Of a DNA stretch of 64,000 nt, positions 9,953 through 19,947 are shown piece by piece. Origin of the DNA: a virus. Lineage: Duplodnaviria > Heunggongvirae > Uroviricota > Caudoviricetes. The notes beneath the pieces were generated by a model. It was not told where the DNA came from. It did not search any database and was given only the letters and a program-made list of their open reading frames with translations. Within the stretch, counting starts at the first letter, position 1. Each line of letters opens with the position of its first letter. A program made the translations under genes and the position numbers. The DNA lies in IMG/VR virus record IMGVR_UViG_3300029305_011610, positions 13,395 through 77,394 of that record. One strand, given 5' to 3'.

Positions 9953-10311
9953 TCAACCACCTCTTGTGCAGGACTCCAAATTCCGTCGAAGATAAATGTT
10001 AATTTCATCGTTTCTCCATCTGTGTTTATAATTTCAAATCCTGTAGCGTACTTCAGTAATTCAAAGAACGGGTGGGACACCCTTTTTTCCAACACAATGT
10101 CAATACATTCAATAGATATCAAACCAGTTGCTGTTTCTAAATCGACATCAGTTTCAAGTGCCTTGCAGTCAAAATCTTTAATTAAATAGTCTACAATCGT
10201 ACAAGCTCTCTGCATTTGCGCCATGCGTTCTGAAGAAAGCTCAAGTGATGGAGCTAAAAGAACACTTGCTTCTTCTATAGAAGCACTAAATACATCAAAA
10301 GTCTTAACCAT
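9949..10311 (-). CDS. Hypothetical protein
   Basis: 120-aa ORF with overlapping start/stop. Confidence 0.5.
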   Translation of the reverse strand: MVKTFDVFSASIEEASVLLAPSLELSSERMAQMQRACTIVDYLIKDFDCKALETDVDLETATGLISIECIDIVLEKRVSHPFFELLKYATGFEIINTDGETMKLTFIFDGIWSPAQEVVD

Positions 10312-10323
10312 GAAAACCTCCTT

Positions 10324-10731
10324 TTACTCAATCGGAGTTGTCAAGCCATGGAAAGTAAATGTAATTCTTATCTTCCCATTTAGCAATGGATACATCTCCG
10401 TATTATTGGAGAATTCAGCAGCTCTATAAAACCACTTACTCTGGAGGATCAGCGGACTACCTTCAATTGTAACACTACCCATACTTTTGTACGGCACGTG
10501 TAACTTATAGGTCACAGATGCGTCTTGACCTTTGGTCAAAAATTTTGCAACAGCATGTACAAATTGAACTCTGCTAATATTTTGAGGGACTACGATAGCG
10601 GCTTTCTCGTCGTGAGCCCTAGCCGATTCTCCTATAGACAGTATTACACTATCTAAGAATTCTTCTTTTTCATCTTCTGTCAGACTTTCCAAATACTCTT
10701 CCATTGGTTTCACTCCTTTAATTCTTTGCAT
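10324..10731 (-). CDS. Hypothetical protein
   Basis: 135-aa ORF. Confidence 0.5.
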   Translation of the reverse strand: MQRIKGVKPMEEYLESLTEDEKEEFLDSVILSIGESARAHDEKAAIVVPQNISRVQFVHAVAKFLTKGQDASVTYKLHVPYKSMGSVTIEGSPLILQSKWFYRAAEFSNNTEMYPLLNGKIRITFTFHGLTTPIE

Positions 10732-10775
10732 TTGTTACTTAATTTTATCATAACTATCGCGCGCTCTCAAGTCAT

Positions 10776-11207
10776 CTAAGAGAGATCACAAACTATTTCA
10801 ATACGACCATATGGTCTATTGCCAAGCATAATCTTCAAAGAGTTGTAAATCTCATTTATATCAATTTCACCTTTGAACTCCAAAGAAAATGCAGAAAATG
10901 ATGATTTTTTATTAACTTCAGCTGGCTCACCGTTATCAGTTTCTCTCCCTAAAAAGTTTGACCATGCATTTTCTTCATAGGGCTTCATACTTTTTCCTCT
11001 AGTGAATCTTATCCCATGCTCGTTGGCGAGATACTTTCTTACTGTTAGAGAAGACGCCCCAAACATCTCTGCCAGGTTAATCGACGTCACGCCGAATCGT
11101 TCGATCAATCCTTGCACATATTCCCTTTGAACATCATGTGGCATTCTCTTAAAACTACTCCACTCCATTGGAGCTTCTAAATTATAGTTAGAAGATTCCA
11201 CTGGCAT
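10776..11207 (-). CDS. Hypothetical HTH-containing protein
   Basis: Segment LAEMFGASSLTVRKYLANEHGI resembles a helix-turn-helix. Confidence 0.45.
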   Translation of the reverse strand: MPVESSNYNLEAPMEWSSFKRMPHDVQREYVQGLIERFGVTSINLAEMFGASSLTVRKYLANEHGIRFTRGKSMKPYEENAWSNFLGRETDNGEPAEVNKKSSFSAFSLEFKGEIDINEIYNSLKIMLGNRPYGRIEIVCDLS

Positions 11208-12375
11208 TACCTCCCCTCACGATGTAAACCATTTCTGCAATCACTTTGGCAGCCAAATCTATGTCTGATAATTTACTTGACGGAGAAAACGATATTCTCA
11301 ATGTACCTCTCGCCTCGTCGTCACTAAACCCTATCGACTTAAGAACATAGCTTGGGTTATTATTTTTACTATTGCACGCAGAGCCGGTAGACACGCATAT
11401 ATTATTACTATCAAGCATTAATTGTACTGTACCAGCATCAACGCCAGAAAATGTTATGCTCACAATTTTATATACTTCTCTTCTCATTGTCTCATTTATC
11501 CAATAGTCGTCACCAGCGCTGTATCCCAGCTCAAACATATGCTTTGATAGCGATCTGCAAAATTCTAGATACTGAGCTCTAGATATCGTAACATTATGAT
11601 TGCGATCTCGTAGTGCAATCTCGCACGCCTTGCCAAACCCAACTATACTAGCTACGTTTTCTGTTCCACCTCTTAGTCCAAATTCCTGACTATCGCCACC
11701 ATATATCATCGGTGTAATAATAGAACTATCTCTAACATAAAGAGCACCAATACCTTTCGGTCCGCCTATTTTATGAGAAGATATAGTCATAAAATCACAA
11801 CCGATCTTATCAACATCAAGGTCGAAATATCCTGCCGCTTGTACACAGTCAGTATGGAACAAGACCCCATTCTCTCTGCAGCACGAAGAAATTTCATGAA
11901 TTGGATTGCAAAACCCTAACTCATTATTTACATACATTACAGACACAAGGCCAGTTTCATCTGTCACTAACCTATTTAATTCGTCGGGTCGTACATACAC
12001 TGTGTTATCTGGAGCCATAATTGTGACTCCAAATCCGTCTTTCGTTTTGAGGCTATCTACAGCTTTCAGAACAGACTTATGTTCAGTTTGGGATGTAATT
12101 ATATGCGTCTTACCAGTGGCTCTGAGGTGCTCTCGAAGTCCCTGAAACACCATATTATTGGCCTCTGTAGCACCAGAAGTAAATATGATTTGTTCCGGCT
12201 TACAGTTCAACAAACTGGCAACTTGAGTTCTGGCAGCGGCTACTGCAGAAGCTGCTTTCCTTCCAAGCTTGTATGCTGCTCCAGGATTTCCGAACTGTTC
12301 AGTCAAATATGGCATCATTGCATCCAGCACTTCAGGATGAACAGGTGTTGTTGCGGCATTATCTAAATAAATCAC
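11188..12375 (-). CDS. Cysteine desulfurase (NifS/IscS class V aminotransferase)
   Basis: MIYLDNAATTPVHPEVLDAMMPYL...FTSGATEANN...SSHKIGGPKGIGALYVR (PLP-lysine SSHK motif). 395 aa. Confidence 0.85.
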   Translation of the reverse strand: MIYLDNAATTPVHPEVLDAMMPYLTEQFGNPGAAYKLGRKAASAVAAARTQVASLLNCKPEQIIFTSGATEANNMVFQGLREHLRATGKTHIITSQTEHKSVLKAVDSLKTKDGFGVTIMAPDNTVYVRPDELNRLVTDETGLVSVMYVNNELGFCNPIHEISSCCRENGVLFHTDCVQAAGYFDLDVDKIGCDFMTISSHKIGGPKGIGALYVRDSSIITPMIYGGDSQEFGLRGGTENVASIVGFGKACEIALRDRNHNVTISRAQYLEFCRSLSKHMFELGYSAGDDYWINETMRREVYKIVSITFSGVDAGTVQLMLDSNNICVSTGSACNSKNNNPSYVLKSIGFSDDEARGTLRISFSPSSKLSDIDLAAKVIAEMVYIVRGGNASGIF

Positions 12376-12689
12376 CTTGCCGCCTCCCGAACCAATAGAT
12401 AATTAGAGTTTCTTGTTTCAACCAAAACTTCATTCTCTTCCATACGAACCCTTATAACCTCTGATGTCCAAAATCTGTGCGGCCGATCATCATAATCGAC
12501 ATCAACTAAAAGCTGTGCGCTTCTACCTACATGCAATGATAGAATCGTGCATCTTTTTCCAATCGCGTCTTCATGAGAGTGATTAACCTCACTCTTGTCT
12601 TTTTTGTCTATGTCCTTAATTATGTAGTAAGGACTAGCAAATGGGTCATGACAAAGCATACATTTCACCTCTATATCATTAGTGCTCAT
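12372..12689 (-). CDS. Hypothetical protein
   Basis: 105-aa ORF between the desulfurase and the Cys-rich protein. Confidence 0.45.
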   Translation of the reverse strand: MSTNDIEVKCMLCHDPFASPYYIIKDIDKKDKSEVNHSHEDAIGKRCTILSLHVGRSAQLLVDVDYDDRPHRFWTSEVIRVRMEENEVLVETRNSNYLLVREAAR

Positions 12690-13362
12690 TAAACACTACT
12701 TGTTCTCCATATTTAAGGTTCCAACAACCGCTGTCTGTGACTGCGCAGCTGGTACAATTATTCTCACATTGAACGGCATCTGCTCTGGCAGTCGTTGTGC
12801 CATCTTTATATTTAACGTGCGCCTCTGGAAAACCATATGGGTTCTGCATTTCCAAACCAGTCCACGCACTAAAAACCATGTGCAGGTTATCCGGGATCAC
12901 CCCACCAGACTCTATGAATTCGTTCACGATTTCGTATTTCTTTGTAAAACACAAAATCTGGCAATGTCTGTTTCTCCCGGCAACTCCTATCATTTCAAAG
13001 AAATATTCAGGAGTTGGAATATCGCCAGAAACATGAAAGCGGAAGAATCGAGACATCATAATAGACGCCTCAACCTCCCGCCAATAAACCTCTGGATTTG
13101 TTCTTAGTATTTCCAAATTGTGCTTATATGCATTACGCACAGAAGGGCGTAGACGCTCAAGCTTAGCTGCGTAGCACTTCTGCTGACACTCACATTGCCT
13201 ACAAGTAATTTTGGATGGCAATGATACACTTGGAATCGCACCTAATTTTGAATTACCTTTCGAAATTTTTACTGTTCCCATATTATTGCCTCCTTTTGCT
13301 TGGGAAATAAAAAGAGGGATTGTGTTAATACAATCCCTCCAAGTTACTATTCTTTTTACCAA
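12679..13362 (-). CDS. Cysteine-rich protein (C-x2-C-x-C-x3-C cluster; DUF5131/Gp37-Gp68-like?)
   Basis: ITCRQCECQQKCYAA plus distal CENNCTSCAVTDSGC. Possible metal or Fe-S binding. Function unknown. Confidence 0.5.
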   Translation of the reverse strand: MVKRIVTWRDCINTIPLFISQAKGGNNMGTVKISKGNSKLGAIPSVSLPSKITCRQCECQQKCYAAKLERLRPSVRNAYKHNLEILRTNPEVYWREVEASIMMSRFFRFHVSGDIPTPEYFFEMIGVAGRNRHCQILCFTKKYEIVNEFIESGGVIPDNLHMVFSAWTGLEMQNPYGFPEAHVKYKDGTTTARADAVQCENNCTSCAVTDSGCWNLKYGEQVVFNEH

Positions 13363-13515
13363 TTTTTAATATGGTAAGCAGAGACACCGATCAGTGCACC
13401 GCCGACAATTAGATTCAGGACACTAACAATACCTGCCCCTTGGCTTGAAGCCACAACAGTTCCCACTCCGGCCGCTACGATACCAAAGCCAAACATGGTT
13501 ACATCAAAATGCTTT

Positions 13516-14526
13516 TTATTCATCGCACCCTCCGCAATTCATAATATTCTCTTTTTCTTCTTTCATCCGCTCTCTAAACTTCAAAAACTCTCTTGTATAC
13601 TCATAGCTTTTACCAAATATTGCGTTAGCCGCATTATACAGTTTCGGTTCATGGTCTTTTAAAGCGGCGAGCTCATCCTCAAAACGCTTCCCGAACGGGC
13701 AGCCAAAGCAACCAGTTCGCTCAAGCCCGTATTTTGTATAACATTCACTGTGTGTTACTTCATAATGTTTACAGCATTCTTCTTTATCAGAATCACGCAT
13801 CCAGAACAAAGGTCTGAAATCGTCCGGTCCTTCTTCTCTATCCAAAAAACATGATTTGTGTGCAGCTCTAATGCCATTCTCGTATTTTCTAACACCAATA
13901 CAGACCAAATCATAGCCCTTATCTTTTTGGAACACATGTGCAGTCTTTTTCTTGGCGTAATCACAGCACTTACCAGATATTTTAAATTGTGGAGGATTCT
14001 GAATCATGAATTCTTTTAAGTATGGATAGCGCTCAATTATAAACATTTGAGTTCCTTTGCCTTTATTACACCACCAAGAAAGGGCTGTCTTGCAGTTTGG
14101 ATACTTCTCAAGCAGTGTCTCGAAATCCTCGTCCTCAAATTGAAAGTTATGTCTCTGTAGTCTGTAAATCATTTCTGAAGCATATTTACTCCAAAATGGA
14201 ACTCCGTATTCTCTGCAACAAGTAGGAATCGACTTGACAGCTTTGGCGCGTTTGATTTCTATACCATATTTTTGCTCCAGATAATCCAGATGATCTTTGG
14301 TTGCCTGATATTCAAGGCCTGTGTCCATGAACATAAAGTCTGTTTTATCAAGACCTCCACACCTGATAATCATGTCGATCATTACGTCACTATCCGCCCC
14401 TCCCGAAACCAGACACGCAATCTGGCTATGAGCGTCAATTATCTCGACACATTTCTCAAAAGCGTTATGTATGACAAAATTATTCGGAGCGCTACCAATC
14501 AGTTGATTTAGCTCGTCTTGTGTCAT
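13516..14526 (-). CDS. PP-loop ATP pyrophosphatase (PAPS-reductase/TtcA-TtuA/DndC-like)
   Basis: SGGADSDVM PP-loop motif near the N-terminus. C-terminal cysteines (CCREYG..., CFGCPFG). Confidence 0.75.
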   Translation of the reverse strand: MTQDELNQLIGSAPNNFVIHNAFEKCVEIIDAHSQIACLVSGGADSDVMIDMIIRCGGLDKTDFMFMDTGLEYQATKDHLDYLEQKYGIEIKRAKAVKSIPTCCREYGVPFWSKYASEMIYRLQRHNFQFEDEDFETLLEKYPNCKTALSWWCNKGKGTQMFIIERYPYLKEFMIQNPPQFKISGKCCDYAKKKTAHVFQKDKGYDLVCIGVRKYENGIRAAHKSCFLDREEGPDDFRPLFWMRDSDKEECCKHYEVTHSECYTKYGLERTGCFGCPFGKRFEDELAALKDHEPKLYNAANAIFGKSYEYTREFLKFRERMKEEKENIMNCGGCDE

Positions 14527-15431
14527 AAGAAAGCTCTTTCGTAGAATTCAACTACGTTCTCCATCAACATTGCTACCGTCATTGGGCCGATGCCGCCAGG
14601 TACGGGTGTGTACGCCTTGCAATGTTTGAAGATTTCTGGATCGAAGTCTCCTCTAAGCTTACCATTCTTGTCTCTATTGATCCCGACATCAACAAAGACC
14701 TTATCATAGTAAACCAAGCCATCTTCGTTAGTAACTTCATCGGGTTCAATATTATAGTATAAATCGTTATACGTTAACACATCTTCAACACCAGCAGCAG
14801 ATACGATAATGTCTGATATTGCAACAGCATCTAACAGGACACGCTTTGGAGTCTTACTATGACACTGGACGACAGTCGCATTTCTTTGCTCCATCATTCT
14901 CGCAACCGGTCTACCAACAATATTACTTCTGCCAATAACACATACTGTCTTGCCTTCAAGTTCAATATCGTATTCATCAAGAAGTTGCATGATTCCCTTA
15001 GGTGTGCAAGGCTTATTATGATAATTTCTGCCAGATGCCAAGCCACCGACATTCTCCAGTGATACAAACCCATCTACATCAAAAGACATGTGTACAAAAC
15101 TAGTTAGGTCTGCCTCCTCAACACTGCCGGTAATCGGCATCTGGAAAATGATTGGATTATATGTTCTATCACAAATATCCTCTACGTCTTCTTCAGTCAA
15201 GTAGTCGAAATGAATTACTTCTGCTTCAATTCCGATTTCTTCGCATCTTCGAACTTTGTTTCGAACATATACTTTGCCAGCCTCGTTATCACCACTTGTG
15301 ACAATGGTCAGCCTTGGCTGAATTTCGAACTTCTTCAGTTCGTTAACCCGCATCTTAAGATCTTCACAAACCCCGTCAGCAAGCTTTTTACCATTAAGTA
15401 TAGTTGCTATGTTTATCACCCTTTCGTTCAT
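14523..15431 (-). CDS. folD: Bifunctional methylenetetrahydrofolate dehydrogenase/cyclohydrolase
   Basis: KVYVRNKVRRCEEIGIE...DVDGF...PCTPKGIMQLL...GKTVCVIGRSNIVGRPVA...CHSKT...DVGINR matches FolD along its length. Confidence 0.8.
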   Translation of the reverse strand: MNERVINIATILNGKKLADGVCEDLKMRVNELKKFEIQPRLTIVTSGDNEAGKVYVRNKVRRCEEIGIEAEVIHFDYLTEEDVEDICDRTYNPIIFQMPITGSVEEADLTSFVHMSFDVDGFVSLENVGGLASGRNYHNKPCTPKGIMQLLDEYDIELEGKTVCVIGRSNIVGRPVARMMEQRNATVVQCHSKTPKRVLLDAVAISDIIVSAAGVEDVLTYNDLYYNIEPDEVTNEDGLVYYDKVFVDVGINRDKNGKLRGDFDPEIFKHCKAYTPVPGGIGPMTVAMLMENVVEFYERAFL

Positions 15432-15706
15432 GTATTGAAAATCATATTTTGATACGCTTCCAAGAACTCGTCCTTAGGTAGCATTTCAATTTCTTTTTCT
15501 TGCACTTCTATATTTTTTAAAAATGTGAACTTATTTTTGTTCTCGCGCTCATTAAGCCATACAAGATCAATTGGTTCGGCTTTCACAACATCCCATTGTC
15601 TCATATAACGAGAAATGTATGAATCTTCGTCTTCCAAAGTACATTCGTACCATTCTCTATGCCTCGGCCGTTCCAGAACACTTCTTAAATACTCTATATA
15701 ATTCAT
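15428..15706 (-). CDS. Hypothetical protein
   Basis: 92-aa ORF. Confidence 0.45.
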   Translation of the reverse strand: MNYIEYLRSVLERPRHREWYECTLEDEDSYISRYMRQWDVVKAEPIDLVWLNERENKNKFTFLKNIEVQEKEIEMLPKDEFLEAYQNMIFNT

Positions 15707-15732
15707 TTCTCACCTAGCTATTTAACACCAAA

Positions 15733-16074
15733 CTACGTTTTCATAAACAAAACATCTATAGATACATCGCTTTCTTCTATCATGTCGCAATCTCCGTATG
15801 CGAGTGAAGAATAATCAAACACAATTCTTCCGCATGCAGAAGCGGAAAACACAAGAGACATGTCGCCTTCGATATATGCATAGATGCAGTCCCCATGTTT
15901 ACATTGCGCCTCCAAAATTGATTCTGTGTGCATATCGGCCAAGCTTTTTACGCTAAAATCTAAATATTCATACAAAAACTCTCTTAACTCTGACTTTTCT
16001 TTAAACCGAACTGCAATCCGTCTATCTTCCAAAATATCAATTATACTCATCTGTATCACCACCAGTCTTGCCAA
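15733..16074 (-). CDS. Hypothetical protein
   Basis: 113-aa ORF. Confidence 0.45.
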   Translation of the reverse strand: MARLVVIQMSIIDILEDRRIAVRFKEKSELREFLYEYLDFSVKSLADMHTESILEAQCKHGDCIYAYIEGDMSLVFSASACGRIVFDYSSLAYGDCDMIEESDVSIDVLFMKT

Positions 16075-16362
16075 CTATCCGCAAGTACTCATAAAGCTCA
16101 ACCTTTAAGTCAGCGCCAATATTACTATCTTGCACTATTCTCCTCAAAAGTTTGAGCCGCTGGGAATTATTCATCCTTATCATCTGCGATATCAACAAGA
16201 ATTTCCTCACACACTTGTGTGAAGTCCGAAATAGAGATTGGGACTCCTTTAGGCATCTTTGACCTATGTCTCTTGCATTCTGTGTTAATGCAAACTTCAG
16301 ATCTGCAGAAAGTGTAGTCGTAATCAAAAAACATCATTTCACATCCTTTTGTTTTAATAAAA

Positions 16363-16397
16363 GCGGGGAGCCATAAGGCTCCCCTTGCTGATTTTTT
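16363..16397. terminator. Hairpin plus T-run (intrinsic terminator-like)
   Basis: GGGGAGCC-ATAA-GGCTCCCC followed by TTGCTGATTTTTT. It is flanked by A/T runs on both sides. Confidence 0.5.
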
Positions 16398-17062
16398 CGT
16401 TGTCCGCCAACTACCAAGCCTCTCACCCACCCACGCGCTTGGTTCGTATCTGTGGTATTTCTGTCGCCACCCGACGGTCTGTCCCATATGTACAGCATTA
16501 CTTTCGGATTTTTAGATGTCAGCTCATCGCTATGTCGCCTGCTTCGTCAGGTCGCTCATAGTGCCGGGGTATACCGCATAGTGTAATCGGCTCCCTTATT
16601 TAAGCAGAAATTCTTTTCATCATTATCACTCGATATTAAAAAATGCCATCAAAAAGGCGTGTGTTTCTACAGAATCTGGGCTCGTTCAAAGCAAGCGTAT
16701 TGGATATTTCTAATCCATAATTTCTGAGGGATCTTGGCGCCTATCGAATAACTATCGATTAATGCCCTCTTACTGAAGTAAATACTGAGATGAATAATGC
16801 ATTGACGAGTTAGCGAGTCTAACGTATTAAAGAAATCGCGGATTGATGAAGCGAATTGACCACAATTACTTAATCAAAAAATACTAAGTACTTTTTATTA
16901 TGTAAACAGACTATCAAGTCATAAAAATCCATATCATAGCGTCACTTTAATGGTACGCATCTAAGAGTGGCGCAAAAGTGAGTATCATACGATAAGTGAG
17001 TTCAAATAAATCCAAGTAATTTCTGCCTAAATGAGAGAGCCGACGCCCTCTTGCTAATGCAT

Positions 17063-17707
17063 TCAAATAAACTGCGAGATTACATCTTCAAAGGAATCAT
17101 TTATATCGAATGAAGGAACCCAATCTACAACAGTTGTTACCATCATGGTATCAACTTTTGCGGAGGTTATATCTGACTCGGAAATAAGCCGCTTCATCAT
17201 AACTTTTGCATTCTCCTCATTGTAAGCTCTAGACAGTGTATTTTCGATATCGTAGTAGTAAGGTGTCTGGTTACCCTCTTCATTGATCTTATAGGCAACA
17301 CCACGTTCCTTACGCTTGCGCTCCTTAATATCGAGCATATTTCTAATCGAGTTCGCTACTTCTTGTCTGAACTTATTAACTTCAAGCGCAGTGTCAATGT
17401 TCGTTTCGGCATTGGCTTTTGCAGCACTGATTGCCTCGCAAAGGCCACGCTTCTCACATACAAGAGCATCCAGCAAAAGCATCAGTTGGTCGGCAGTATA
17501 AGCGAATTCCTTTTCAACTACCTCTGTTAAGTCCGTAGCTTCTGGGTTTGCATCGTTACGCTTATGTACTTTTTCTTCGTTCATACAGATATTCTGAGTT
17601 ACAAGTCTCGTTTTAGCAACGGAGCCAATTCTGGACAGAAAATTCTGGTATCTGAACGCCTCTTTAAGATTCATAAGTATCATTCTCCTTATTATGTATT
17701 CTTTCAA
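17063..17707 (-). CDS. Hypothetical protein
   Basis: 214-aa ORF. Confidence 0.5.
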   Translation of the reverse strand: MKEYIIRRMILMNLKEAFRYQNFLSRIGSVAKTRLVTQNICMNEEKVHKRNDANPEATDLTEVVEKEFAYTADQLMLLLDALVCEKRGLCEAISAAKANAETNIDTALEVNKFRQEVANSIRNMLDIKERKRKERGVAYKINEEGNQTPYYYDIENTLSRAYNEENAKVMMKRLISESDITSAKVDTMMVTTVVDWVPSFDINDSFEDVISQFI

Positions 17708-18119
17708 TTTGAAAAACTAATTCATCTGGGTTTAACCCCGCTGCGATCTCAACAAACTCAGAATAGAAGAAATCAAGCAAATCTTCTCGTTCTTTGTCGT
17801 CGCCAGCTTCAAGAGCCGCTTTATAATCAATGACTGCTTGTTTTACAATCGCCAAACACAGGCTCTCCCACGCGTCATCAATGGCATACTCTTGATACTC
17901 TTCGTAGTATTCTAAACGTGAACTTACTCTATCCAAGACCATTTCATGTGTGCTGTATTTAACCCAGAGAAACCCTCCAGCATGTTTGGCCTTACCACTT
18001 ATGTGGTCTTGAATTGACGCTCTTGGGACACCTGTTTTCGCAGCAGCCTCCCTATCTGTACCAAAAACACCAATAAGCTCTCCGCTTCTTGTATATTGCG
18101 CTATTGCCACCTTAATCAC
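17664..18119 (-). CDS. DNA-binding protein with NUMOD-like HTH (the kind found in phage homing-endonuclease C-termini)
   Basis: IGVFGTDREAAAKTGVPRASIQDHISGKAKHAGGFLW motif. Confidence 0.45.
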   Translation of the reverse strand: MIKVAIAQYTRSGELIGVFGTDREAAAKTGVPRASIQDHISGKAKHAGGFLWVKYSTHEMVLDRVSSRLEYYEEYQEYAIDDAWESLCLAIVKQAVIDYKAALEAGDDKEREDLLDFFYSEFVEIAAGLNPDELVFQIERIHNKENDTYES

Positions 18120-18619
18120 ACTTTCTGGATCACTCGCTTGAATTTAACCGCGCTGTCCTCTATGTATTTATCAATTAGCCTGCTCTGTTCTTTTGTTTCA
18201 GCATAAGCAGTAATTGTAATTGTCTTTGTATCCCACGCTCTCGTATAAGAATCTGTCGCAACATTCGTAATGTGGTTGTATGCTAAGAAATCCCGAAGCG
18301 CCTTCATGGCGTCGGGATTATCAGACATTAACACATTCACATACGTTCTATCTTTTGAAAACTTATTATTGATTGCTACCGCAAAGCAACAGCCAACGCC
18401 GCTAGCAACTGATACAACTACCAGAGACAAATTATCACTCGCCATCACAATATCTTTTGTGATCAGCAGATAAATGAAGTTCGATAAACCAAGAGCAAGT
18501 CCAGCAAACACGGCCTTATCTCTCTGGACAAGCAATGTTTTAGCCGTGCCGAGCATATTATCAATAACCTTCAAAATAAACATACCAATCAAATACCAAA
18601 CTCCAGATATAAAAGTCAT
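18116..18619 (-). CDS. UPF0316/DUF2179-family membrane protein
   Basis: VIDNMLGTAKTLLVQRDKAVFAGLALGLSNFIYLL resembles the UPF0316 (YebE-like) signature. N-terminal TM helices. Confidence 0.55.
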   Translation of the reverse strand: MTFISGVWYLIGMFILKVIDNMLGTAKTLLVQRDKAVFAGLALGLSNFIYLLITKDIVMASDNLSLVVVSVASGVGCCFAVAINNKFSKDRTYVNVLMSDNPDAMKALRDFLAYNHITNVATDSYTRAWDTKTITITAYAETKEQSRLIDKYIEDSAVKFKRVIQKV

Positions 18620-18652
18620 CTCCCTCCATATATATCCCGCCGGAAACCCTCG

Positions 18653-18679
18653 TCGAAGCGTTGCATCGCAACGCCTCGA
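18653..18679. repeat. Conserved palindromic hairpin (copy H1)
   Basis: TCGAAGCGTTGC-ATC-GCAACGCCTCGA, about 35 bp upstream of the 18619 gene start. Confidence 0.55.
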
Positions 18680-19062
18680 CCGGGGTAATTATTTCTGATT
18701 CCGAAAATGGGTGGGGATTTGCACCCCACATGACAGCCGTAGTTTTGAGCTAGCTTTTTGATCGGAGTAGTATCTTAAACTCCACTAATTTTAGATCCGC
18801 CCAACTTGCTGCCGCCGGCATACCCTTGCCGCGTCTACTATTGCCTCCCAATCCCTGCGCCAGAGATTGATTACAGCTTTACCACATGTAGAAATCTACC
18901 TACCGTGTCTATTCCGCCACCATTTTTGAGAGGTATCTCACCTCGCTCAGTCAACCATGGCATTCCTGCCAGCCAACTTATATGTACTTTGATAGCCCGT
19001 GTAGCTCGTTTTGTTTCACCCGTCGTGAAGCTACGGCACGACCTCTTGCACTCGGTCAATTT

Positions 19063-19806
19063 TTATTTTATTGACGAGTCAGAACCGTCACTCGTCATAA
19101 GCGTGCTATCAAAAGGACATTTCATTTCAAAATCGTCTTTAATTTCCCTCTTGTATTTATAATATGTATTTCTAGAAACCCCAGAAAGAGTTATCACATC
19201 GCAATCATTCAATGTTCCGCCAAAGTCTTTTGAATGCCTACGAATAACTTTCTTTGCTTCGATGCTTTTCTTTGTTGTAACCCGTCTTCCTTTGACTGCA
19301 CCAATTTGCTTGCCGTTTAAACGGGCTACCTCCATTCCCTCGCGAGTTCTCTGACGTAAGTCTTGAACCTCTTTTTCTGCTTGTTGAAATGCGAGCTGAA
19401 TTTGCTTCTTAGCTAATGCCATGAGGTATTTGTTGATGCCATCCAGAATGAAGTCAACGCTACCGCCTGTCATTTGGATGTTGCTGTCAAGTGCCTTTTT
19501 GTATGTTTCGGTGTTGATATGAGGCTCTTTTAGGAATACGAGGTTCACACCTCTGTTGTACAGCTCTTGATAAGCTGTAAAACCTTCCTCCGCATTTCTA
19601 GACATACGGCTGACACTATCAAAAATAATGGTATCACCACTTTTAACAAGCCTATAGAGCTTGTTCCACTCCTTTCGTTTGTCAAAAGCAGCGCCGCTAT
19701 ACTTCTCGCTTATTATGACTGCATCACTACAGAATATTTTTATATTATTTATTTGGCGATTAATACTCTGCTTTTCTGTGCTAACTCTAACGTATCCATA
19801 ATTCAA
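19063..19806 (-). CDS. Small serine recombinase (resolvase/invertase family) with C-terminal HTH
   Basis: N-terminal YVRVSTEKQ (catalytic Ser), SRMSRN, and a C-terminal DNA-binding region. Confidence 0.85.
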   Translation of the reverse strand: MNYGYVRVSTEKQSINRQINNIKIFCSDAVIISEKYSGAAFDKRKEWNKLYRLVKSGDTIIFDSVSRMSRNAEEGFTAYQELYNRGVNLVFLKEPHINTETYKKALDSNIQMTGGSVDFILDGINKYLMALAKKQIQLAFQQAEKEVQDLRQRTREGMEVARLNGKQIGAVKGRRVTTKKSIEAKKVIRRHSKDFGGTLNDCDVITLSGVSRNTYYKYKREIKDDFEMKCPFDSTLMTSDGSDSSIK

Positions 19807-19947
19807 TTATTTATCAGTACCCCTCCATACATAATCTACGAATACATCCCAATTATTCATCACCTGCGTGTAGATGTCGATTTTCCTGCTTGCGGTGTCT
19901 CTGCCACCACACCAAGGTGAAATGATAATTTCATATTTCTTTTGCTA

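Noticed and set aside
16037-16487. Overlapping ORFs 16037..16327 and 16167..16487
   Set aside because: They are mutually exclusive frames. The upstream part of 16167..16487 runs through a terminator hairpin and GC-rich non-coding DNA. At most a short ORF (about 16167–16338, ATG with RBS AAAGGATGTG) is plausible, so neither is listed as a feature.
19074-19096. Hairpin GACGAGT...ACTCGTC as a terminator
   Set aside because: It lies inside the last codons of the serine-recombinase CDS rather than downstream of it. It may still influence 3'-end formation, but it is not a clean intrinsic terminator.
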